This document shows positions 47,928-58,500 of a DNA stretch of 64,000 nt, piece by piece. This DNA is from an uncultured Planctomycetota bacterium (lineage in GTDB: Bacteria; Planctomycetota; Planctomycetia; Isosphaerales; Isosphaeraceae). The notes below the pieces were generated by a model. It was given only the letters and a program-made list of their open reading frames with translations. It was not told the DNA's origin and made no database searches. Location of the stretch: positions 1,216,001 through 1,280,000 of the forward strand of contig CAWGMQ010000003.1 of NCBI GenBank assembly GCA_963823665.1, in the 5' to 3' direction. A program made the position numbers and the translations under genes. Numbering within the stretch: the stretch's first letter is position 1; each line of letters opens with the position of its first letter.

Positions 47928-49278
47928 TCACTTGTTCGCTACGAGACGGCATACTGAGTGGATCGCAATCGCTGCCGGAAGCGGTTTATGCTTCAGGAAC
48001 CGAGCGAACCGTTCCCATGTCATCCGACGGCCGCGCCGCGGCGCGACAGCCAGTGCTGCCAGAGCCAGGTGGCACCACTGCGAAACCGTGACAACATTTT
48101 GGAGTTGCCGGTGATTCCGTAGTAGGCATAGTGGCCTAGCAGTTTCTGACCTAGTATCCGGTGCTGCACCTTGAGCGGTTGATGGCGATTTTGCGACACC
48201 AATCCGCCAACGTTCGCAGGCTGCGGCGAAATCGACTTTTGGACGTCTTGCGCTTCACCACCCAGCGACCCTGCCGGGAGCGACCCCAGTAATGGGTGAA
48301 CGCCAGCAGGTCGAAAGTCCCTGGTGGAGTTCGTGTGGGTCTGCCTTCCGGTTTGGGACGGTCCGATGGCCGCTCGAACGGCACCAGCCGCGTCTTGTCC
48401 GGGTGGATGGTCAAGCCGTACTTCTCAAAGCGTTTGGGCAACACATTCATCACACGCCGTGCGTCGGACTCGCATGAGAAGACCATGACGAAGTCGTCCG
48501 CATAGCGGATCAAGAACGATCTGCCCATCATCCGAGGCTGAACCTCCCGCTCGAACCACTCGTCCAGCACGTAGTGCAGGAAGATATTCGAAAGGATCGG
48601 GCTGATCACACCCCCTTGTGGCGACCCCATTTCGGGGTGCGTAACGCACCCGTTCTCGAAGACGCCCGCATTGAGCCATTTGCCGATGAGCCGGAGCAGC
48701 ACTCCGTCTCGCACCCGACGCTTGAGGAAGTCGCGTAGATGGCCGTGGTCAATCGTGTCAAAGAACTTACGAATGTCCACATCCACTACCCATCCGCCCT
48801 TCATGTTCATCGTCTGTTGCCACAGGCTCTCTGACGCAGTGTGTGCCGATCGCTCGGGCCGGAAGCCATGCGAGCAGTTCTTGAAGTCCTGCTCGTATAT
48901 CGCCTCCAGAACCATCACGACAGCACGCTGGAGCACTTTATCCTCGAAGGTCGGGATTCCCAGTGGCCGGGTTTCGGTCGCTGAGCCTGCCTTGGGGATA
49001 TGCACTCGCCGCACAGGCGGTGCGTGGTACGTACCGGACTTGGCTCGTTCCAGCAGCGACCGTAGGTTCGGGACCAGGTTCGCTGCGTAGGCCTCGCCAT
49101 CTTGTCCGTCTACGCCCACCGCCCCGTCTTGGCGGGTCCGGTAGTAAGCTGTGAGCAGCCAATCGAGGTCGATGAAGTGCCCCAGGGATGTGAATCCCAT
49201 CTCCGGGCTTCGCCGAGCGAGTTCCGCTATCCGTTGTTGTTTCGTGGACACGTCCACGGGTTCCGATGCACCCGCCAT
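47928..49278 (-). CDS. ltrA: Group II intron reverse transcriptase/maturase without En domain (outer intron); apparent frameshifts near 48190 and 48035
   Basis: GVDG, RPLGIPT, PQGG, YADD; continues in shifted frames as GHYAYYGITGN...WLSRR...TWERF...ANK*. Confidence 0.9.
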
Positions 49279-49869
49279 GTTTCCCTCCAACGGTTGTGTG
49301 ACATGGCGTCTCCTTCCCTCCACCGGGTCCCTCGGAGTGGTTCCCCGGCTTCAACGGTACTACGAGACGCTCCGACTCCCATCCGCCCCTTTCGCCGCAC
49401 TTCGTTGCCTTCGTGTGGCGATACCACCCTTGCGTCCTGTTCGCTCCCAGCGACCCGACGCGGGGTCGTGGGCCGGGGAGTTGGTATTCCGGATCCCGAG
49501 CCGGAAATGTCAGTGGAGACGGATGGGGCTCTCAGGTTCCCGAGCAACCCTCGCGTCCCTGCGCCATGTTCTTGGACCCCGGCAGGACCGAACACGCCAG
49601 GCCATTGCGGCGTGTCGACACGGCCCCCGCTTGTGTCTACAACGGAGGCTCCCACGATGAGTATTTCGGGGCTCGATAGCATGGCATGGAGACTCGCTGT
49701 CTACGCTTCGCAGTGAGGGTCACCCCTCCCCACGCAAGACTTGCTTCCGGCTGCCGGCCAGGCTCTGCCGGGCGGGATTCGTTAACCCGCAGGGTCGCGA
49801 TGAAAGGTTTCTGTGTTTCGAGGCACTTCCTCCTTTCTCGAGCTTTTCCTGACGCAAAGACACCCATCG

Positions 49870-50168
49870 TTTTGTCGAGGGCGTTGACTTCCTATCCACG
49901 GCGAATGATTTTTGACAGCTTGGAGATCCATCTCAGCCACCGGCCGACCCACCGATCCCGCCGAATCAAGGAAATGCGGCCGAACCCCGTTGCCGGGTGG
50001 GAACTGCGGCTCGGTGACTATCGGGTCCTCTATGATGTGGATGATCAGAGGCGCGTCGTCCAAGTCCAGGTCATCGGTGAGAAAGTCGGCAACCGACTCA
50101 TCGTGCAAGGCGAGGAGTATTCCGCCCATGAAAGTGATCGACCTGAACGAGGCGAAGGCGAATCTTGA
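49870..50168 (+). pseudogene. RelE/ParE-family toxin, 5'-truncated at the intron target motif
   Basis: IKEMRPNPVAGWELRLGDYRVLYDVD; no credible start after the AGACACCC motif. Confidence 0.7.
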
Positions 50169-50319
50169 GGGTTATGCCGAAGAGTGCCAACAATCGCCGG
50201 TGATTGTCACGATTGGAGGGATCCCGAAATTCGAGCTCGTCCCGATCCACACGGACGATCCCGAGTTCATCGACCGCCTGCTCGAAGAGAACGAGACGAG
50301 GGCCGCTCGAAAGATCTGA
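50128..50319 (+). CDS. Phd/YefM-like antitoxin (probably 3'-truncated)
   Basis: MKVIDLNEAKANL..YAE.....PVIVT..G.P..ELVP; overlaps the toxin end. Confidence 0.7.
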   Translation: MKVIDLNEAKANLEGYAEECQQSPVIVTIGGIPKFELVPIHTDDPEFIDRLLEENETRAARKI

Positions 50320-50356
50320 GGCTTTCCCCGTATGCTACCAGTTTGAACCCGTGTCT

Positions 50357-50469
50357 TCGTCGAGGCTGACCCGACTCTTGCCGACGCGCACGGCGCCCGG
50401 CTCGTCTACTCGGAGCGGAGGCGGGTCGGCATGGATGGGAAGCAACTCGTTCAGTTCACTCTCGTTCAT
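50357..50469 (-). pseudogene. DUF433-like antitoxin N-terminal fragment
   Basis: MNESELNELLPIHADPPPLRVDEPGAVRVGKSRVSLD, then similarity is lost. Confidence 0.55.
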
Positions 50470-50903
50470 GACGCGACACTCCGCGGCATTCACCCGTTGG
50501 GGTCTATCGTGCGTCGCCACTTACACTGTATACCAAGGCGGCTGGCATCGGTAGTTCGGTTGGACGGCGAGCGAGGCTGTGAGCAGCCGGGCTCCGCGCC
50601 TGGGTTGGCGCAACGTCAAGATCGGTTCGTGACACCTTTGCTGGGAATTCGATTGGATTCGAGGCCGGCCAGTGATGTTTCCTTCGCCGGCGCGGCAAGT
50701 GACGAACTCGTCGCATCGGTCGGCGCGACGCACGCGGCCGAGCGGGGCCCAGATACCCGCTGTGTGCCGGTTGAAGTGGATGCCCTAAACTGCCCCGATG
50801 ACCGGGTGTTTGCCTTGCTCCGCGCCTTCCTTACTTGGATGAGTGGGTGTCTGCCTTCCATTCCCCCCAAAGGTGGGTGTCTGACATCCGGTGTCTGACA
50901 TCC

Positions 50904-51380
50904 CCGGCCAACGAATTCGCCAACCTCTGGCAGCGCCGCATCTCCTTCCGTGTCGGGGCGCTGATCACCGGGGTGGTCGGCGTCGTGATCCAGACGTGGC
51001 GGCTGATGGAGGACTCTTCCGGCTACATCTTCAAGTGGCTCATCGCTTACTCGGCGCTGCTCGGCGCGATGGGCGGCGTCCTCATCGCGGACTACTTCCT
51101 GGTGTGCCGGACGCGGCTCGACCTGCAGGCGTGGGGCGGGTCGTGCTGGTACACGGGCAGCTTCCACGCCGCCGGCCTGCTAGCCCCCGCCGGCGAGGGT
51201 CATCCCCTGCGTGCCGGGGTCCCTGGCCACCGTCGGACTGGTAGAGGTGATGCCGTCCTTGACGGACCTGTACCACTCTGCCTGGTCTCTCGGTTTCGGG
51301 ACGTCCCTCCTGGTATACTCGGGCCTGACGCTCCGGCGCCCCGGCGGGGCCGCGTCGCCACGCGGCTCTTGACGACCTCA
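50904..51380 (+). pseudogene. NCS1 nucleobase:cation symporter C-terminal fragment
   Basis: PANEFANLW..RISFRVGALITG...WLIAYSALLGAMGGVLIADYF; begins right after the GGTGTCTGACATCC duplication. Confidence 0.75.
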
Positions 51381-51397
51381 AAGGGGAGAGGGCAACG

Positions 51398-52135
51398 ATG
51401 GACACCGAATACGACCGGATCGCGGAGCAGTACCAGCGGGCGAGGCTCCAGCCGTGGCGGACGCACATCGAGCGCTACACGCTGCTCCGACTGGCCGGCG
51501 ACGTGGCGGGGAAGGCGGCGATCGACCTGGCCTGCGGGGAGGGGTACTACACCCGCGCACTCCGTCAGCAGGGCGCCGCGCGGATCGTCGGCGTGGACCT
51601 GTCGCGCGCGATGATTGGGTTGGCCGAGGCCGAGGAGGCGCAACGGCCGCTGGGCGTCGAGTACCGCGTGGGGGATGTCCGGTCGCTGGAGGTGCCCGGG
51701 GAGTTCGACCTGGCCTTCGCGGCGTACCTGCTCAACTACGCCCACTCGGCCGAGGAGCTGGAGCAAATGTGCCGGGCGGTGGCCCGCGCGCTGAGGCCCG
51801 GCGGGCGTTTCGTGACGGTCAACAGTAACCCCGCAGAGCCGATTGTCGCCTTCCCTGCGGCCCGCGCCTACGGCTTCTCGAGGCGCGTCGAGGGGGAGTT
51901 GGTGGAAGGTGCACCCGTCGTCTTGGAGTTCTTCCTGCCCGAAGGCTCCTTCGAGGTGACGAACTACTACCTCAGCGCGGGGACGATGGAAAAGGCGTTC
52001 CGCGCGGCGGGCCTGCGCCAGCTGCGCTGGCACGCGGCCGAGGTCTCGCCCGAGGGCCTGCGCGAGTTCGGCCAGGAATACTGGGCGGACTTCCTCGCCC
52101 ACCCGCCGGTGGCCTTCATCGTTTGCGTCAAGTAG
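51398..52135 (+). CDS. Class I SAM-dependent methyltransferase
   Basis: IDLACGEG, VGVDLS, FDLAFAAYLL, LRPGG; GGAGAGG ribosome-binding site. Confidence 0.92.
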   Translation: MDTEYDRIAEQYQRARLQPWRTHIERYTLLRLAGDVAGKAAIDLACGEGYYTRALRQQGAARIVGVDLSRAMIGLAEAEEAQRPLGVEYRVGDVRSLEVPGEFDLAFAAYLLNYAHSAEELEQMCRAVARALRPGGRFVTVNSNPAEPIVAFPAARAYGFSRRVEGELVEGAPVVLEFFLPEGSFEVTNYYLSAGTMEKAFRAAGLRQLRWHAAEVSPEGLREFGQEYWADFLAHPPVAFIVCVK

Positions 52136-52710
52136 GTCTCCGGCAGGGGATGCGTGGTGGCCGGCCTGGAAGGGCGGTCCCCGGTTGACGGCGCCGCCAG
52201 TCCGGGGCTCAGCCCGACCCAGTCCGCATCGCCAAGTCGCGTGTACTGCACCGCCTCAAAGAGCGATTCGGCGAGCTGATCCAGGAAGCACGACTCCTTT
52301 CCGCCCTCGTGCCGCTTTGGTGTGACAGACCGCGCATTCCTTCTTCAGGACCCGGCCTCGCTCTCATCGCGAGGATGGAACTTACTTATGTTCCTATGCT
52401 GTCGTCAACCGACGAGAACCTAGACTTGTGCGGCCCAGCGAGTCGCCTTTCTTTCCTCTTGCGCGCGTCGGTCCGACGACACCGACGCATTTTCTGGCTT
52501 GGGGAAAGTGGCGACTGGATTTGAGCTCGCGACGGCACGGCACCGATCCTGCCGGTCACGGCTTATCGCCATGTGACATAACCGGTGAGCATTTCACGAA
52601 AAACACCTGTTCTTCGTTAGCCCGATTCTGAAATGCTCCGTTCTGCGGAGATGGGGCAAAGAACCCCAAGCTCATCCGCTGCATTCGAAGCATTCCACGG
52701 ACACCCTCTT

Positions 52711-52730
52711 TCGAGCTTTTCCTGACGCAA
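52711..52730 (-). mobile_element. 20-nt remnant of the outer group II intron 5' end
   Basis: TGGGTGTCT|TTGCGTCAGGAAAAGCTCGA, identical to the junction at 49857. Confidence 0.8.
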
Positions 52731-52851
52731 AGACACCCACCTTCTGCGCAGCGTCGGACACGCGCCTTCTTTTTGTCGAAATGACGGGCGGCAGTGCCGT
52801 GGTTCTCCGCCGAACGTGTGGGCCGCGAATTCATGGATGCGGGGCCGTGAC

Positions 52852-52885
52852 AAAAAGGGTGGGTGTCTGGATTCCCTGGATTCCC
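52852..52885 (+). repeat. Unoccupied copy of the intron target motif with a short tandem duplication
   Basis: AAAAAGGGTGGGTGTCT|GGATTCCC-TGGATTCCC; compare the occupied site GGGTGTCT|intron|GGAATCCC. Confidence 0.7.
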
Positions 52886-53664
52886 GATTTACACCGGTGT
52901 ACGGATGCTTGACAGCCTCGTATAAGCGCCATTTTCCGCCACTTTCCGCCACTCTTCCATGGTCAGAACGTTCATCCCCGTTCGATCCGCATGTCCAATC
53001 TGGATCAAAGGATCAGACCTGGCCGGTGCGTTTCCTAGCGATCGAAAAAGGCTCGTGGCGCCTGCCGCACAAAACTGCCACAGTCATGCGACCATGTTGT
53101 TCACTATGTTTGAACGGCTTTTTTCGATGCGGAAACAACGAGCGAATGGAGCACACAGCTTTCACAATGGGTGGGGGCCTGGCGAGTCGCTTGCAACGAG
53201 CGGGGGGTGCAGGGGTTTGTTCCCTTAACCCTTGCGGGGAAAGGACGCGCGTCGAATATACAAAACGAAACGGACCCGGTCATTACACGTATTTGCTCGG
53301 CATCGACCGCTGAATGGTTGACGCCCATTTATATAACCGCGGCGACACACCTCAGTTTCCTCACGAAACTTCCCATCCGGGCCCAAACATGATGGCGGCA
53401 ACAACCGCCTACTTCGGGCTCGAGCACGAAGTATTGATTATGCTGCTGGAAGGCCATGAAAGGCCGTCGTAAGGTCGCTGGATCTGACACGGCGAAAAAA
53501 GTGGCGACGCGTTGGATTTATTTTGGCGAACGACGACCGGTCAGATACCATGGCAGCGACCGGAGTACGCGGAGCGCGTCCAAGCGCCTTCGTGAGGTGC
53601 GGATTCTCCCATCTCTGTTCGCAGAATCGCGCACGACCAGTCGTTGTTGAGGCGGCGCAAGCGA

Positions 53665-54552
53665 ATGACAAGCACGTTGACCGATAAGGACTGGGAGATC
53701 CTCCTGCGGCGCATCCCATTGGGCAAGTGCGTGCCGTTCCTGGGTGCCGGCGCGTGCTACGGTGCTCTGCCGCTCGGGGCCGAGATCGCGCGCGAATGGG
53801 CTGAGCGGTTCCACTATCCGATGCCGGACAACGGAGACCTGGTGCGGGTTTCGCAATTCCTGGCTGTGGAGTATGACCTGACCTACCCCAAGGAGCTGGT
53901 ACTCGAGCGTCTGGGCAGCGGGAAACCTCCGGACTTTCGGGCGGCCGATGAGCCCCACGGCGTGCTGGCTGACTTGCCGCTGCCGATCTACGTGACGACC
54001 AACTACGACGACTTCATGATGAAGGCCCTGGCGACCCGCTGGCGCGACCCGAAGCGGGAGTTCTGTCGCTGGAACGAGCTGATTCGCGAACAGCCGACAC
54101 TCTTCGACACGGAGCCGACCTACGAACCGACGGTCGCCAGACCACTGGTCTATCACATGCACGGGCATACTGACCCCAACTCGATCGTCCTGACCGAGGA
54201 CGACTACCTGACGTTCCTGGCGGCCATGCAGGACCCCAAGCTGCTGCCGGATGCTGTGCACAAGGCCATAGCCGGCTCCTCGTTGCTGTTTGTCGGCTAC
54301 CGGATGGCCGACTGGAACATCAGGGTGCTGCTTCAAGGATTGCGACGGCTCGGCCAGGGGCTCGCGGGAAAGGGCAACCTGAGCGTGATGGTGCTCGTCC
54401 CGCCCGATGGGCCGGACGGCACCCAGCAGAAAATGCAGGACTACCTCGACCGCTACTATGCGGCGATGGACATGCGGGTGTATTGGGGCACGGCTCGCCA
54501 GTTTTGCGCCGAGCTGGGTTCGCGCTGGAAACAGCGTCAACAGCCGGCTTGA
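53665..54552 (+). CDS. SIR2-like (SIR2_2) domain protein, catalytic motifs intact
   Basis: PFLGAG, YVTTNYD, YHMHG, LTEDDY, LLFVGY. Confidence 0.9.
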   Translation: MTSTLTDKDWEILLRRIPLGKCVPFLGAGACYGALPLGAEIAREWAERFHYPMPDNGDLVRVSQFLAVEYDLTYPKELVLERLGSGKPPDFRAADEPHGVLADLPLPIYVTTNYDDFMMKALATRWRDPKREFCRWNELIREQPTLFDTEPTYEPTVARPLVYHMHGHTDPNSIVLTEDDYLTFLAAMQDPKLLPDAVHKAIAGSSLLFVGYRMADWNIRVLLQGLRRLGQGLAGKGNLSVMVLVPPDGPDGTQQKMQDYLDRYYAAMDMRVYWGTARQFCAELGSRWKQRQQPA

Positions 54553-54615
54553 CGGCCCGACGCTCCCTTCAGGTCGATCTCACTGAAACTTCATCTCTTG
54601 ACGGAGGCTCAACCG

Positions 54616-55575
54616 ATGCCCGAAGCAACCCCCTCGCCGCCTGCAATCGTGTTGAGGCGTTCCGAGGCCCTCGATGACGAAGGGTGGAAAGTATTGCTCC
54701 GCAGAATCCACACTCAAAAGTGCACTCCCTTCCTGGGGCCCGAAACCTGTTTCGACTTCTCGATTCCCTCAGCCTCGGTGCTTGCCGGGGAATGGGCCGA
54801 CGAGCATGACTATCCGTTCGACGACCGGAACAACCTTCCGCGTGTCGCGCAGTTCGTCGCCTACCAGGCTCATCAGGGAATCATCGACGAGGTCAAGATG
54901 GATCTCGCCGAGAAGTTTCACGGCCTGAAAATGCCCGATTTCTCCCACCAGGAAGATCCTTATCGGATCCTGGCCAGCCTGCCGCTCTCCGTCTACATCA
55001 ACACCCATTACTTCGCGTTCATGTCCTATGCCTTGCTGGCTCAGCACAAAGAACCCCAGAAGGTCGTCTGCCGCTGGAATGACATGGAGGCCTCGGAGGA
55101 CGAACCCGGCCTGCCCGCCGCCTACGATCCCAAACCGGCTTGCCCTCTCGTGTTCCACATGTTCGGCCACGTGGCCGAACCTTCATCGCTGGTCCTGACG
55201 GAGGACGACTACCTCGACTTCCTGGTCCGCACATCGGACAAACAAGATTTAATTCCTCAATGCGTTCAGAACGCAATGAGGAACAATTCCCTGCTCTTTC
55301 TGGGTTACCAGACCAACGATCTGGACTTCCGCGTCATCCTCCGAAACCTCTCCCGGATCAGAAGGGACCCGAGGAAGAGCTCCAACTATACGATCCAGTT
55401 CGTCCACGTCAGCGATGACAAGGTCACGTCCGAGCAAATCGATCGGCTCAAAAGCTATTTCAAGGACTACAACAAGAGCATGGCGATCAGCGTCTACTGG
55501 GGAACCACGGGTGAGTTCATGACCGAGCTTCGCCAGCGGTGGGAGGTCTACTGTGTCAACAGCCAGGTTGCTTGA
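54616..55575 (+). CDS. SIR2-like domain protein, catalytically degenerate paralogue
   Basis: PFLGPE, YINTHYF, FHMFG, LTEDDY, LLFLGY; GGAGG ribosome-binding site. Confidence 0.85.
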   Translation: MPEATPSPPAIVLRRSEALDDEGWKVLLRRIHTQKCTPFLGPETCFDFSIPSASVLAGEWADEHDYPFDDRNNLPRVAQFVAYQAHQGIIDEVKMDLAEKFHGLKMPDFSHQEDPYRILASLPLSVYINTHYFAFMSYALLAQHKEPQKVVCRWNDMEASEDEPGLPAAYDPKPACPLVFHMFGHVAEPSSLVLTEDDYLDFLVRTSDKQDLIPQCVQNAMRNNSLLFLGYQTNDLDFRVILRNLSRIRRDPRKSSNYTIQFVHVSDDKVTSEQIDRLKSYFKDYNKSMAISVYWGTTGEFMTELRQRWEVYCVNSQVA

Positions 55576-58500
55576 GCCGGCCCCGCCCGAGTCCAGCCCG
55601 GCCGTCCCGGCGATCACCGAGGCTCCGTACGTCGGTCCCCGGCCTTTTCTCTCCGCCGACTGCGAGCGGTTCTTCGGTCGGGACCGCGAGGCCATCGACC
55701 TGAAGCACCGGGTCATGGCTCACCCGATCACGCTGCTCTACGCGATGTCCGGCGCGGGCAAGACCTCGCTGATCAACGCGAGGTTGGTCCCCGAGCTGAA
55801 GAGCCAGTCCTGCCACGTCCTGGATTCTGCCCGGGTGCAGGGCTCGTCATGGAAACTCGAGCCCGGGGGGATTCGCAACATCTACGTGTTTCACGCCGTG
55901 ATGAGCTGGCAGAGCCAGTGCGACGCGGGCACGGCCCGACGGCTCAAGGATCAGACTCTCAGCGAGGAGCTGGCGCCCAGGGCGAAGCGTGCTGATCTTG
56001 ATGACGCGCTTTTGATCGCGATCTTTGATCAGTTCGAAGACTCTTCACAGCATACCCCTCAAGATGGGGAGAGCGCCGGGGATTCTTCGAGCAGCTTTCC
56101 GACGCCCTGGAGTCGATCTCGAATCTCCGGGTGTTGCTCGCGATGCGCGAAGACTGGCTGGCGTCGCTCGATCCTTTCGCGAGCCTGGTGCCCGAGAACC
56201 TGCGGACGAGGTTTCGGCTCGAGCGGCTCCGTCGCGCGGCCGCCCTGGAAGCGGTCGTGAATCCGCTAGAGGGCACCGGACGGAAGTTCGCCCCCGGCGT
56301 CGCCGAGACGCTCATCGACAACCTCATGACCATTCGCGTCCGGCGTAGCCGCGATGCGTCGGGGGCCCGATCCGACAACGGCGATCCGGGTGTCCTGGGC
56401 ACGGATGGCGGTCTATCCGTCACGACCCTCGTTGTCCCAGGTTGCCAGCCCGAGTCAAACGACTACGTGGCCCAGTCTGAATATGTCGAGCCCGTCCAGA
56501 TGCAGGTCGTCTGCCAAACCCTCTGGTCCAATCTCGAGGCCGGCGAGACCGAGATCACGGCCGAGAACCTGGAACGGTGCGGCGACGTCAACCAGGCTCT
56601 GTCGCGGTTCTATGAAGATTGCGTCAAGCAAGCGTCCCGGTTGCCTGGAGTGCGCGAAGGAGACATTCGGCGCTGGTTCGACGAGCGGCTCATGACTCCG
56701 GCCGGGACGCGGGGGCTGGTGCTCCGGGAACCAGACAAAACGGGCGGCTTGGGCAACGACGCGGTCGACTTACTCGAGGGCTGCCATTTGATTCGAGGTG
56801 AGGACCGGGGCGGCGCGCGGTGGTACGAGCTATCGCACGACCGATTCATCGAACCCGTGCGGAATTCCAACCGCCACTGGCAGAGCACTCGTCCTGGCCA
56901 GGCGCTCTGGTTCGAGCTCAACCGTCGGGCCGCAGCCTGGGATGCCGCGCCGGCCGAGAAAAAGCCTTCCTTGTTGCTCAGTAAGGCCGACCTGGACAAG
57001 GCCGAAGCTTGGAGCAAGACCGATTCCGACGAGCTGGGCTTGAGCGACCGGCTCGCGCGATTGCTCGACGAAAGCCGAGACGCCATCGATCGGGCCGAGC
57101 TGGCTGATCGGCTCGAGGATGAGCGCCGGCAGGCGAGAGACAAAGCCCTCAGGATCCGAGTCCTCACCTGTGGAGCGGCTGCGCTCGCGTTACTGTCGGC
57201 GCTGGCGCTCGTCGGCTGGTGGACCGCGAACGAGAACAAGAAGAAAGCCGATCAGTTTGCATCGGAGAGGACGAACGAGGCAAAGGGCGCCCGCGAGCAG
57301 GAGGTCCGGGCCGAGAACGAAAAGAACAAGGCCATGGTCAGCCAGTGGGCCATGCAAGCGACGTTGCAGAAGGAACCTACGTCCGTCCTGGGCGACATCC
57401 AGAAGGTGATCAGAGTCGCCGAAACGGAAAAGTGGCCTCAGCTCGAGGATGGTACGCAGGACTCCATTCGGTATGCCCTCTCCCACCTCACCCACCGGAG
57501 CAAGCTCGGGCCGTACGCCGAGTCCGTCAACGAGGTCGTCTTTGCACCGCAGCGATGGGGTGACGCCCTCCGGGACGGAAGCACGAATCCCGTCGTCGCC
57601 GTCGGCGGCCGGGACGGACTGGTCGAGCTGTGGAGCGTGGGCGATTACGACAACCCCGAAGACGACAAGTCGCTCACGGTGATTCGCGTGCCGGCGCTCG
57701 CGGACCCAGGGAAGTCCGGACGGTGGGTCAACCGGATCGTGTTCGCTCCGGCGGGCCGGATGCTGGCATTCTGCACTGGCGATACCACGAGTTTGAATCC
57801 TGCGGACCGCGGCGGCGCCTGGGTCTGGACGGCGGCCGAGTCGCCCGACGGGAAAGGTGAGTTGCACGCGCTCGAAACCGCGGGCAATTCCGGACCTGTC
57901 GCTGACGTCGCGTTCAGTCCCAACGGCGCCTCGGTTGCCATCGCGGGTAGTCGAGCACTCGGCAGCGCAAGCAATCCTGCGGCCGATGGCGTCTGGAAGG
58001 GCGCCGTTCGAGTCTGCGAGGCAGCGACCGGGAAGCTGCTCCACGAATTCCCGCTCAAGGGCCCGGCCCGAAGCGTCATGTTCGACCATCAAGGTGAGCG
58101 ACTCGTCGCGGCGAGCGGGGATGCCAACGGCGATAACCACAACCTGCCGGGACAAGTGGTCGTCTACAAGCTGAGCACCGGAGCTCCCACACTGATGAAG
58201 GACTACGAACACCCCTCGGTCCGCGCCGTGTTCAGCCCCTACGGGAACGTGGTGGTCTCGGCGGGCGTCGACGGCGTCGGACGGGTATTCGACGCCGCGA
58301 AGGGCAACCTGATCGCGACGCTGGTCGGCCACTCGCAGCAAATCACCGCCCTCGATTTCAGCCACGACGGCACACTTCTGGTCACCGCCAGCGGTGACCG
58401 GACGGCGCGGGTCTGGGATCCCTCCTCTTGGTCCGGCTCTGGCGATGGGGCGTCGCCCTCCACGTGGTCGAGCCGGGTGACGTTGGTCGGGCACAAGTCG

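Larger units (their letters stand above)
45428..49857 (-). mobile_element. Outer group II intron (En-less RT, class E-like), interrupted in domain VI by a second intron
   Basis: 5' end TTGCGTCAGG at 49857. EBS1 AGACAC (49633-49638) in a stem-loop pairs with the exon end GTGTCT. DV GAGCCGGGTGCCTTAATTGGGCAAGCCCGGATCT near 47890-47922. DVI is split between 47881-47887 and 45428-45460. Confidence 0.9.

Noticed and set aside
45542..49278. Retron, DGR or defence-associated RT system
   Set aside because: Both RTs have YADD, maturase regions and flanking DV/DVI and EBS structures of group II introns. No template/variable repeat pair or msr-msd was found.
50843..52885. CRISPR array or canonical attC sites for the GGGTGTCT repeats
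   Set aside because: Spacing and orientation are irregular, there is no RYYYAAC...GTTRRRY hairpin, and no cas or integrase gene is in the window.
52909..52926. TTGACA...TATAAG promoter
   Set aside because: The spacer is only 6 bp.
9300..56050. Programmed frameshifting or phase variation at the many single-base shifts (~9311, 14108, 16917, 36800, 42610, 44301, 48190, 56040)
   Set aside because: They are scattered over unrelated genes, mostly at short homopolymers, without slippery-site plus structure signals. Long-read consensus error is the simplest explanation; read-level checking is needed.
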